From an uncultured Bacteroidales bacterium (GTDB taxonomy: Bacteria; Bacteroidota; Bacteroidia; Bacteroidales; UBA932), in assembly GCA_944323245.1 (NCBI GenBank), contig CALURT010000013.1:274-64273 (forward strand): a stretch of DNA of 64,000 bases, read 5' to 3'. Below, one piece after another: positions 48,301 to 56,158 of this stretch. The translations under genes were made by a program, and so were the position numbers. The notes below the pieces were generated by a model. It was not told the origin of the DNA, did not search any database, and saw nothing but the letters and a program-made list of their open reading frames with translations. Position 1 is the stretch's first letter. The number at the start of each line of letters is the position of its first letter.

Positions 48301-49893
48301 GAACTTGTACAGGGCATTGTTGGTCTTCGGGGAAAGGGAGAATATTCCCTGAAGCATGAAGTTGAGATTAGGGTCGCTGCAGATGATTCTTCCGTCGAAT
48401 TCCCCTGTCTTCATTTTTCCTGCTGCAGCAATTCCGCTGTAATCGTATCCGTTGAAATGAAGCCGGGATACCTTGAGAGAGTCTATTTCGGCTGTCAGAC
48501 CTCCCGATTTCTTTCCAGCGAATGAAGCGGAAAAGGCTGTTTCCATGCTGCATTCACGGACCATGGACGTCCCCGTCACCCTGCCTATGTCGAAATTTTC
48601 CGAAGATACGTGCCCGTCTATTCCCACAGGTCTGCGGCGGGACAGAAGATTTTCCACCGTCACATCTGCGGAAATCCTGCCCGAATCGGCAGCAAACACC
48701 ATATCGGCGGAGAAGTCATCCAATTTTCCTTCGAAATGCCCGTCCATGCCGAACTGCATGCCCGAAGCGTATTCAGTCACGGCATCGGATATCCTGCCGT
48801 TGCCTGCCACAGCAATTATATCGTCGGAAGCAAAACGCATTCCGGCAATGTCCGCATCGATATGCGCCCCTGCAATGTCCGGCAGTCCGGTGATCCTGCC
48901 GTCAAGGCCCAGACATGCCCCTGTTTCGGTGCGGATATCCATGTTCATGAAATTCAGGTCCGCAACAGGGCCGGAGACAGTCCCGCTCAGGACGGTTTTC
49001 AGAGGCACGCCCGAGAGGCCCGGAGCGAAATACGAGAGCGATTTCATGTCCACGGTACTCGGAGATATTTCCGCATACATGCTTACCTTGTTGATAAAGT
49101 CTTCGAAATCCCTTCCCCACGAATAGGTCATCGTGTATTCGGGAATATCGAGTTCGGACCAGGGGTCGGAGAGGCGCAGTCGTCGGATTTCCGCCTTGCC
49201 GTTCCCCACACGTGCGAAACCGGAAACAGCATTGCAGACATAGCCGCTTTTCTCCTCGAAAGACATGAAGTCCAATATTCCCGACATTACCTTTCCGGTA
49301 AGGCTCAGATGCCTTGCATTCAGATTGATGGAATTCACCTCGAGATCGCTCCAGTCTATACCGGTTCCGGAATACGGAGGAAGGCTGTCCGAAGCGTTCT
49401 TCATCCGGAAAGACATGTTGTGGATATTCACCCTGTTTATTGTAAAGACGTGCAGCCCCGGATCCGGCTTGGGTGCTTCCGGTCTCGGTATCCTGAATAT
49501 GCGTGTCAGATTGACCGACTTGTTCCTGACGGCAAGGTTCATGTACGCGTCAGCGATGTATGCCCTGCGGATATATATGCCCTCTTCCTCCGTCAATCCC
49601 TTGAGGGAAAGTCTCGCTATGATATATTCGGCATGGAAGAGCGTGTCCATGCCCTCGATTACAGGAGCATCGTCCACGACGGACACGTTTTTCAGGACAA
49701 GGGTATTGAACGGTTTGAAATGGATTTTTTCGATATTGACCTTGCCGTCGAACTTGTCGGAAAGACCGTCAATGACTTTTTTTGCAAAAAAAGTCTGGAC
49801 CTGCGGGGTCTGGATTGCCAAAACCGACGCGAACAGGAATGCAGCAACGGCGACGACTGTCAACCATAATATTTTCAGTGTCTTTTTCAACAA
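45355..49893 (-). CDS. tamB: TamB/AsmA-like translocation and assembly module protein
   Basis: N-terminal TM, long beta-rich repeats, C-terminal FNNRVVVNGNIG...GDLDIE...GVGIAYQQEF. Confidence 0.78.
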   Translation of the reverse strand: MLKKTLKILWLTVVAVAAFLFASVLAIQTPQVQTFFAKKVIDGLSDKFDGKVNIEKIHFKPFNTLVLKNVSVVDDAPVIEGMDTLFHAEYIIARLSLKGLTEEEGIYIRRAYIADAYMNLAVRNKSVNLTRIFRIPRPEAPKPDPGLHVFTINRVNIHNMSFRMKNASDSLPPYSGTGIDWSDLEVNSINLNARHLSLTGKVMSGILDFMSFEEKSGYVCNAVSGFARVGNGKAEIRRLRLSDPWSELDIPEYTMTYSWGRDFEDFINKVSMYAEISPSTVDMKSLSYFAPGLSGVPLKTVLSGTVSGPVADLNFMNMDIRTETGACLGLDGRITGLPDIAGAHIDADIAGMRFASDDIIAVAGNGRISDAVTEYASGMQFGMDGHFEGKLDDFSADMVFAADSGRISADVTVENLLSRRRPVGIDGHVSSENFDIGRVTGTSMVRECSMETAFSASFAGKKSGGLTAEIDSLKVSRLHFNGYDYSGIAAAGKMKTGEFDGRIICSDPNLNFMLQGIFSLSPKTNNALYKFYANIGYADLNALNIDKRDISKISLRTTANFNRIGAGDILGNIEVGDIILENSLGKHDIGTISVSSHSGDDLYRIIMESEFADASFSGSGSFMKFVRDLNDITFKRELPALFSDTTSVYTDDRYSFAFHSHDSRDLMAFMMPGLYVADSTDFHLNIDGTGLLDAGMKTSRIAYGENYVKNMQFAFDNREHSVSGELIGDTVRVSTVNLENSRLQFYVHDNFVGIGYNYENDGDLINRGELVTTTRLGRDENGKITGRMEFLPSRILLNSAEWSISPSAIDLVDNEIRIDNFRLTNEEQAVSLYGGLSQSRADTLNFQLERFDISVVNSLLDRDMSISGAATGRARIISSSSDRSFTDKGILLGFLCDSTSFAGTSLGTLRLGSEWNDGYRRFDIVARNELGGMRTFDVTGSYTPSQQRLEMNATLDRFDISCVKPFAESVFSELKGHVSGEFGIAGPLDDLKLSSRNARIDDSVLKIAYTNVPYEASGAFSLDDEGVHFDDISIRDRHGKTGSVTGGISLGGFRDIRFNTLITVNEMECIDLGEGDNPTLYGNISGSGNLRLTGRADALKMNIEATTTGNGQLHIPLSGSATASTSDLLTFKEEEKVVYVDPYEEMIRKISRTAKTPSDLTVNARITATPGLEAFIEVDKATGNVLRGRGSGVMDIEIANDNFNIYGDYTLNEGSYNFVVQGLAYRDFTIQDGSSVKFNGDIMQSTLDIDAVYRTKTSLSALIADTSSVATRRTVECGISISDNISNPRLSFSIDIPDIDPTVKSRVESALSTEDKVQKQFLALIVFNNFLPDEQSGVVNNNTSMLYSTVSELMYNQLNSIFQKLDIPLDLGLNYQANERGDDFFDVAVSTQLFNNRVVVNGNIGNRQYNSGTSNSDVVGDLDIEIKLDRTGLFRLNIFSHSSDQYTNYLDNSQRNGVGIAYQQEFNTFKEFFRNLFSGRKKRQAIAAEEAENKAFEKRKRIKIEADDDKRR

Positions 49894-50007
49894 TACCTAA
49901 CCCCCAGAACAATAAAACTCCAATCTGCAAAAATAGTAAAAATATCGAATAAATATCGTAATTTTGCGGCCTTGGAACTTGAAAAGAGAGCGATTGATTT
50001 CGAACGT

Positions 50008-51036
50008 ATGAAACCGGATATAATTTTAGGAATCGAATCTTCCTGCGACGACACTTCCGCCGCCGTGATAAAGGACGGATACCTTCTGTCGAACGTGCTT
50101 GCGAGTCAGGACGTACACAAGGCCTACGGCGGTGTCATCCCGGAATTGGCCTCAAGGGCGCACCAGTTGAACATAGTCCCTGTCGTAAGCCAGGCATTGG
50201 ACAGGGCCGGTGTCGGATTGTCCGATATTACGGCGATAGCCTTTACCCGCGGTCCGGGACTTCTCGGCTCCCTTCTCGTGGGGACTTCATTTGCAAAGGC
50301 CCTGTCGGTCGCATTGGACAAACCTCTTGTGGAAGTAAACCACCTGCAGGGACATATCCTTGCGAACTTCATCAAACAGTACGACAAGGAGAATGTACAT
50401 CCCGAGTTCCCGTATCTGTGTCTTCTCGTTTCCGGAGGCAATTCCCAGATAGTAAGGGTGGACAGTCCGCTGGATTTCGAGATTCTCGGACAGACAATCG
50501 ACGATGCTGTGGGCGAGGCGTTCGACAAATGTTCCAAAATGATGGGGCTCGGATATCCGGGTGGGCCGGTAGTGGACAGGCTTGCAAAAGAGGGGGATCC
50601 ATGGAAATTCAGATTCGCCAAGCCGCATGTTCCCGGGTATGACTACAGTTTCAGCGGTGTGAAGACGTCTCTTCTGTATTTCGTCCGTGACCGCATGGCG
50701 GAAGACCCTGATTTCATCGGAAAAAACAAGGCGGACATCTGTGCGTCATTCCAGCGCACGCTGATAGAAATCCTGATGGACAAGCTGATACGTGCAGCCA
50801 AGGATACCGGCATACGTCAGATAACCATAGGAGGAGGTGTTTCGGCGAACAGCGGACTGAGGGCGGCCGTCACTGAAGAAGGCAGGAAACGCGGGTGGAC
50901 CACATACCTGCCCGAATTCAAGTTCACCACCGACAACGCAGCCATGATCGCCATCGCCGGCTACTTCCACTACCTGCACGGGGAACGCACCCCGTTAAAC
51001 GTCGCCCCAGTATCAAGAATCGCCGATTTTCATTGA
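50008..51036 (+). CDS. tsaD: tRNA N6-adenosine threonylcarbamoyltransferase
   Basis: GIESSCDDT, ELASRAH, NHLQGH, GEAFDK, TDNAAMI. Confidence 0.95.
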   Translation: MKPDIILGIESSCDDTSAAVIKDGYLLSNVLASQDVHKAYGGVIPELASRAHQLNIVPVVSQALDRAGVGLSDITAIAFTRGPGLLGSLLVGTSFAKALSVALDKPLVEVNHLQGHILANFIKQYDKENVHPEFPYLCLLVSGGNSQIVRVDSPLDFEILGQTIDDAVGEAFDKCSKMMGLGYPGGPVVDRLAKEGDPWKFRFAKPHVPGYDYSFSGVKTSLLYFVRDRMAEDPDFIGKNKADICASFQRTLIEILMDKLIRAAKDTGIRQITIGGGVSANSGLRAAVTEEGRKRGWTTYLPEFKFTTDNAAMIAIAGYFHYLHGERTPLNVAPVSRIADFH

Positions 51037-51084
51037 TTTCCCCTGATGCTGAGTATAACATAATTCGTCTGACTGGTATTATAT

Positions 51085-52620
51085 ATGAAAGAATTCGAAA
51101 TTGCCTTTCCTGTCGGGAAAGAAATTGATATGGAAGCCGTCAGGGCAGCTGCGGCTAAAACCATGGGAATTTCCCCGAAAAACGTCGGACAATGCGTGCT
51201 TCTGCGCAAATCGCTCGATGCAAGGAACGAAATCCTGTACAGATACCGCATGGCGGCATACAGAAACGATGAAACCCCGTCGGAATTCAGGCTTGAAGAG
51301 TTCCGTAACGTAGCGGCTGCTGAACCAGTGACAATAATAGGAGCAGGACCTGCAGGAATGTTCGCTGCCATGAAACTCCTTGAAAAAGGCTTCAAGCCGG
51401 TCATCCTTGAAAGAGGAAAGGACGTCCACCACAGGCGGTTCGACGTGGCAGGCCTCTCCCGGGAGGGCAATCTCGTTCCCGATTCCAACTACTGCTTCGG
51501 AGAAGGCGGCGCAGGAACGTTTTCCGACGGAAAGCTCTACACGAGATCCACTAAAAGAGGCGACATAAGGGAGGTGCTGCACCGGCTCGTGCAGTTCGGA
51601 GCCTCTCCCGAAATCCTGACTGACGCACATCCGCACATAGGCAGCGACAGGCTTCCGTCCATCGTGGAAAACATCAGGAAATGCATCGAAGACCACGGCG
51701 GAGAATATCATTTCGGATGCAGGGTGACGGATATTGTCAGAAAAGGGGACGGGACGTTCGACATCATGACAGCTGACGGCAGCAAATGGTCTTCAAAAAA
51801 GGTAATTTTGGCCACAGGTCACTCCGCACGGGATATTTATGAAATGTTTGCAGCCAAGGGCTGGGCATTGGAAGCCAAAGGTTTCGCTCTCGGAGTAAGG
51901 GTCGAGCACCCGCAGTCCCTCATCAACAGGATACGTTACCATGGGAAATACCAGCCGTACATGCCTGCCGCAGAATATTCTTTCGTGACTCAGATCGAGG
52001 GCCGCGGGGTATTCTCGTTCTGCATGTGCCCGGGAGGAATCCTCGTTCCGTCATCTACGGAAAACGACGGATTGGTCCTGAACGGAATGTCCAATTCCGC
52101 AAGAAATTCAAAATGGGCCAACTCGGGCGTCGTGGTTTCCGTGGAACCTGAAGATTGTCCTGAATATGCCAAATACGGAGCTCTCGCCCTGATGCATTTC
52201 CAGCGGGATGTGGAAAAACGTATGTTCGATGTCACCGGTTCATTCAAGTCCCCGGCCCAGAGGATGATGGATTTCTGCCGTAGGGTGGTCTCGACGGGAC
52301 TTCCCGCTACATCCTATCACCCGGGAACTGTCAGTGCTCCGCTGCACGAACTTCTTCCTGAAAACATTTCCCTCAGGCTCAAATACGCTTTTCCGCAAAT
52401 CGGTAACAAGGAAATGAAAGGCTATTACACCAACGAGGCCCTTCTGCTCGGCGTGGAATCGAGAACCTCGTCACCAGTCCGCATTCCGAGGGATCCCGAG
52501 ACATTGGAGCACATCGGACTCCCGGGACTTTATCCTTGCGGAGAAGGAGCCGGCTATGCAGGAGGAATAGTGTCGTCCGCCCTCGACGGAATCAACTGTG
52601 CATCGAAAATCCGGGCTTGA
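51085..52620 (+). CDS. Uncharacterised FAD/NAD(P)-dependent oxidoreductase
   Basis: IGAGPAG, GEGGAGTFSDGKL, LATGHSAR, GEGAGYAGGI. Confidence 0.85.
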   Translation: MKEFEIAFPVGKEIDMEAVRAAAAKTMGISPKNVGQCVLLRKSLDARNEILYRYRMAAYRNDETPSEFRLEEFRNVAAAEPVTIIGAGPAGMFAAMKLLEKGFKPVILERGKDVHHRRFDVAGLSREGNLVPDSNYCFGEGGAGTFSDGKLYTRSTKRGDIREVLHRLVQFGASPEILTDAHPHIGSDRLPSIVENIRKCIEDHGGEYHFGCRVTDIVRKGDGTFDIMTADGSKWSSKKVILATGHSARDIYEMFAAKGWALEAKGFALGVRVEHPQSLINRIRYHGKYQPYMPAAEYSFVTQIEGRGVFSFCMCPGGILVPSSTENDGLVLNGMSNSARNSKWANSGVVVSVEPEDCPEYAKYGALALMHFQRDVEKRMFDVTGSFKSPAQRMMDFCRRVVSTGLPATSYHPGTVSAPLHELLPENISLRLKYAFPQIGNKEMKGYYTNEALLLGVESRTSSPVRIPRDPETLEHIGLPGLYPCGEGAGYAGGIVSSALDGINCASKIRA

Positions 52621-52621
52621 C

Positions 52622-54040
52622 ATGAGGAGAATCGGAAACGGCAGCAGCGGTCTTCTGAAATTGGTGCAGGACGGGAAACCGATGACTCTCGGCCAACAGC
52701 TCAAACTGACCGTACAGCTCAGTATTCCGGCCATCATCTCCCAACTGTCATCGATTCTGATGCAGTTCATCGATGCTTCGATGGTAGGCAGCCTCGGTGC
52801 AGAAGCGTCCGCATCCATAGGGCTCGTATCCACTACGACATGGCTGTTTGCCGGACTTGCAGCAGCCTGTGCCACCGGGTTCTACGTTCAGGTTTCTCAT
52901 CTTCTCGGCTCGAAGGACACCGTCAACGCACGGAATGTGCTGAGGCAGTCATTGACCATGGTCCTGATATTCAGCGTCATAGTTGCAGCCGTCGGTTGTG
53001 CGATAAGCATGCCTCTTCCGGGCTGGCTCGGAGGCGATGAAGCCATCAGGCATGATGCCTCGTCATATTTCCTCATATTCGCCCTGTCTCTCCCTTTCCT
53101 GCAACTCAATATCCTGTGCAGCGGAATGTTGCGAAGCAGCGGGAACATGTACACTCCGAGCATGCTGAACATTTTCATGTGCCTGTTGGACGTGGTTTTC
53201 AACTTTTTCCTGATTTTCCCTACCCGCTCCGTCTCATTGTTTGGAGCGGAAATCACCGTACCGGGGGCCGGTCTCGGAGTCACGGGGGCTGCCATAGGCA
53301 CGGCATTGGCCACAATCGCAGTAGCCGCCATGCTGCTGTATTCGCTGTGCGTCAAGTCGCCTGAACTGAATCTCCGACAGGAAAAGGGAAGTTTCCGGCC
53401 TACGGGGAAATGTTTCCGGAATGCAGTCGGAATCGCTTTCCCTATGGGATGTGAAAGGGTGATAATGTGCGGCGCACAGATCATGTCGACAGTCATAGTC
53501 GCTCCGTTGGGAACCGTCGCAATAGCCGCCAACTCATTCGCCATCACTGCTGAAAGCCTCTGCTACATGCCGGGGCACGGAATCTCGAATGCCGCCACGA
53601 CATTGGTCGGACAAAGCATAGGGGCGAGACGCAGGGATCTGACATGGAGGTTCGCCCATATATCCGTACTCCTCGGCATTGCAGTAATGACTCTGATGGG
53701 CGTGATAATGTATATTGCAGCTCCGCTGATGATGGGCGTCATGACCCCGGATTTGGCGGTACAGGAACTCGGTACGAAAATCCTCAGGATAGAAGCCTTT
53801 GCAGAGCCGATGTACGCTGCATCGATAGTAGTCTACGGAGTTTTCGTCGGAGTCGGCGACACCCTTGTCCCGAGCATCATGAATCTCGGAAGCATCTGGG
53901 CCGTGCGTCTGTCACTGGCCGCAGCCCTTGCCCCGGAACACGGCCTTGAAGGGGTCTGGATAGCCATGTGTGTCGAGCTCTGCTTCCGCGGAGCCATTTT
54001 CCTGATCCGCCTCTACCGCCGGAAATGGATAAAGGTGTGA
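52622..54040 (+). CDS. MATE family efflux transporter
   Basis: About 12 TM; FIDASMVGSLG, LRSSGNMYTP, TTLVGQSIGA; start re-called at 52622. Confidence 0.88.
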   Translation: MRRIGNGSSGLLKLVQDGKPMTLGQQLKLTVQLSIPAIISQLSSILMQFIDASMVGSLGAEASASIGLVSTTTWLFAGLAAACATGFYVQVSHLLGSKDTVNARNVLRQSLTMVLIFSVIVAAVGCAISMPLPGWLGGDEAIRHDASSYFLIFALSLPFLQLNILCSGMLRSSGNMYTPSMLNIFMCLLDVVFNFFLIFPTRSVSLFGAEITVPGAGLGVTGAAIGTALATIAVAAMLLYSLCVKSPELNLRQEKGSFRPTGKCFRNAVGIAFPMGCERVIMCGAQIMSTVIVAPLGTVAIAANSFAITAESLCYMPGHGISNAATTLVGQSIGARRRDLTWRFAHISVLLGIAVMTLMGVIMYIAAPLMMGVMTPDLAVQELGTKILRIEAFAEPMYAASIVVYGVFVGVGDTLVPSIMNLGSIWAVRLSLAAALAPEHGLEGVWIAMCVELCFRGAIFLIRLYRRKWIKV

Positions 54041-54063
54041 GATTTCCCTTGCGTGCGACGGGG

Positions 54064-55326
54064 TCAAATCAGGCTCATGACCATGATCACGCAGAGCATG
54101 AGCAGGGTAATCGAATAAGTATAGAATATGGTCTTGAGGGCCTTGAGGAGGGCGATGAATTTGACGTTTTTCTTGGGTGTCCAAATCAGTCCGATGGACA
54201 GACACGCACAGAAGATGTTGGCGATGAAAAATATCGGCAGATAGGACGGAATGCTTTCAATCAGGCTGAACGTGAGTGGAAGCATGAATGAAATCAGCGT
54301 TATGATGGTGGCCGTGTTTTTCTCCACTATGACAACCCTTTTCTCATACCATGAGAACTTGTCGTTTTCCGCTTCCGCATCATAAAAACTGCTGAAATAC
54401 AGATTCATGATGAGGAAAATGTTTCCGAGAGCCCATGGAAAGAAATATATCGGGGAATTTACCTTTATGATATTGTCGTTCATCATGCCGATAATGAGCA
54501 GGTTCCACAGGAGTATCGATATGTAGAAAGCGATGCTTCCGGCGTCAACCTTTATAATCTTCGAGTTTTCGATCATCCGGATTTCCCTGGTAAAGAAAAT
54601 CTGATACATGAGGTATCCTGCCGTCTGCAGAAGAACATAGTTTGAAAAACTCCATACGGCGATGTACTCCAACCTCTCCCCTGCCGGAATCCCGTTCAGG
54701 AATGCCGCTACGGAACTGATTATCACGGACGGGAGCAATGCTATCATGAAAGTGAAATACAGCAATCTGACATCCCTGGCCACTGCCGCCTTTATCAAGG
54801 TGATGATCATTACCGCGCCGAAAAACATTCCCAATAGCGACAGCGAACCTTTTTCGGCAGACATGCAGGCCACGATATAGCCGATGAAAATCAGGATAAG
54901 CAGGAAATTGTAGACGGAAACGAAAAAATCCCCCTTGGAATACATGTTGAGATTTTGGGTCCTGATTTTCTTCAGTCCGAGATAGGAAAGAAGAAGGAGG
55001 ACAATCTGGCCTATGTTCAGGATGCTGTTCAGGAAAATCACGCCCGGCTCAAACCGGTAGAAAAGACCGCAAATGGTAAATGTGAACGCTGCCAGCAACA
55101 CTCCGTACCACTTGTAGTACATGACTCCCACGAACAATAGCAGAACCGCTATGTAAAAGGGCTGGCTGCTGTAGAAAATCGAGGAATCCTTATTCAGCAA
55201 CAACGGTATTATACTTATTACCAATGAAATAAGAAACAGAATGGATATGTTTGCACAAAAGCCGTTCGTGCTTATCTTATAAGTTTCGGGAGTCTGATTG
55301 CTGTCCATGATAACTGATTTTGCCAT
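54064..55326 (-). CDS. Polytopic membrane protein of unknown function
   Basis: About 11-12 hydrophobic segments; start moved to 55326 because the longer call overlaps the tRNA. Confidence 0.65.
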   Translation of the reverse strand: MAKSVIMDSNQTPETYKISTNGFCANISILFLISLVISIIPLLLNKDSSIFYSSQPFYIAVLLLFVGVMYYKWYGVLLAAFTFTICGLFYRFEPGVIFLNSILNIGQIVLLLLSYLGLKKIRTQNLNMYSKGDFFVSVYNFLLILIFIGYIVACMSAEKGSLSLLGMFFGAVMIITLIKAAVARDVRLLYFTFMIALLPSVIISSVAAFLNGIPAGERLEYIAVWSFSNYVLLQTAGYLMYQIFFTREIRMIENSKIIKVDAGSIAFYISILLWNLLIIGMMNDNIIKVNSPIYFFPWALGNIFLIMNLYFSSFYDAEAENDKFSWYEKRVVIVEKNTATIITLISFMLPLTFSLIESIPSYLPIFFIANIFCACLSIGLIWTPKKNVKFIALLKALKTIFYTYSITLLMLCVIMVMSLI

Positions 55327-55334
55327 AAACCAAA

Positions 55335-55362
55335 AATCCCGAAGTCGTCGGACTTCAGGATT
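55335..55362 (-). terminator. Intrinsic terminator after tRNA-Val
   Basis: Stem AATCCTGAAGTC / GACTTCGGGATT with a 4-nt loop, then a T-run on the minus strand. Confidence 0.7.
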
Positions 55363-55374
55363 GTAACTTTCGGA

Positions 55375-55452
55375 TGGTGGGAGCAGAGGGAGTCGAACCC
55401 CCGACCCTCTGCTTGTAAGGCAGACGCTCTGAACCAACTGAGCTATGCTCCC
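55375..55452 (-). tRNA. tRNA-Val (anticodon TAC), CCA encoded
   Basis: Reverse complement GGGAGCATAGCTCAGTTGGTTCAGAGCGTCTGCCTTACAAGCAGAGGGTCGGGGGTTCGACTCCCTCTGCTCCCACCA folds as a cloverleaf. Confidence 0.97.
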
Positions 55453-55453
55453 G

Positions 55454-55828
55454 TTTTTCGTTTCTTGTCAGCGATTGCTGCGTTGGACTTCGCATCCTCC
55501 CTCCTCACAACCGTGAGGTTGCTGCGTCGGTCGTCGCTCGTCCGCCTTGCACTCACTGGCAATAAACTTCAAACTTACTTGTCTCTTTTGGGCGATAATT
55601 GCGTCAAACTTCCTCTCCTCGCATCCTCATTACCTCAAGGTAACTGCGGTGCTCGTCAGTCGTTTTCCTTATTCTCGCCGCAAAATGAACTTCGTCTCAT
55701 TTTTCGTTTCTTGTCAGCGATTGCTGCGTTGGACTTCGCATCCTCCCTCCTCACAACCGTGAGGTTGCTGCGTCGGTCGTCGCTCGTCCGCCTTACACTC
55801 ACTGGCAATAAACTTCAAACTTACTTGT
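55454..55828. repeat. A-B-A' array of palindromic elements: 129-bp direct repeats (55454-55582, 55700-55828) flanking a related 117-bp element
   Basis: A copies differ at one base (55549 G / 55795 A); B shares the core motif. Confidence 0.88.
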
Positions 55829-55859
55829 TTCTAAAGAACTCTTTTCCCGAATGGGATTG

Positions 55860-55890
55860 CAAAGATATGCAAGATTTTCGTCTCTGCAAA
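55860..55890 (-). promoter_or_regulatory. Bacteroidota housekeeping promoter driving the tRNA-Val leader
   Basis: On the minus strand: TTTG (55890-55887), 19-nt spacer, TATCTTTG (55867-55860); boxA-like GTTCTTT just downstream. Confidence 0.7.
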
Positions 55891-55990
55891 TTTTTTTTGA
55901 TTTTTTATAAGTTTTTAATGTGTCCTGCGTTCAGGATGACAATGCGCTCGGTCGGGATGACAAACGTCCGCAGTGGAAGGTCGCAATGCC

Positions 55991-56150
55991 AATTGGCCGG
56001 GAATGAAAAAGGAAGGCGAACGCTTTTCTTCGCGTGAGCCGGTTTTCCATTCCCGACCAATTCACTTCCGAGCCGCAGCAGCTTCGAGCCGCAGCAGCTT
56101 CGTGCCGCAGCCACATCGAAGCCGCAACCGCTTCCGAGACGCAACCGAAC
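55991..56150. repeat. Imperfect inverted repeat plus degenerate 16-17 bp minisatellite
   Basis: 20-bp arms 55991-56010 / 56043-56062 (2 mismatches); five CGAGCCGCAGCAGCTT-like units at 56069-56150. Confidence 0.7.
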
Positions 56151-56158
56151 CCGGTCCG

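Noticed and set aside
55327-55437. N-terminal extension of the 457-aa membrane ORF
   Set aside because: It reads through tRNA-Val and its terminator; the start was moved to 55326.
55465-56037. 190-aa ORF with an internal duplication
   Set aside because: It is only the translation of the A-B-A' DNA repeats and overlaps the tRNA promoter on the opposite strand.
55454-56150. Possible CRISPR array
   Set aside because: Repeats are either 129 bp or contiguous 16-17 bp units with no unique spacers, and no cas genes are present.
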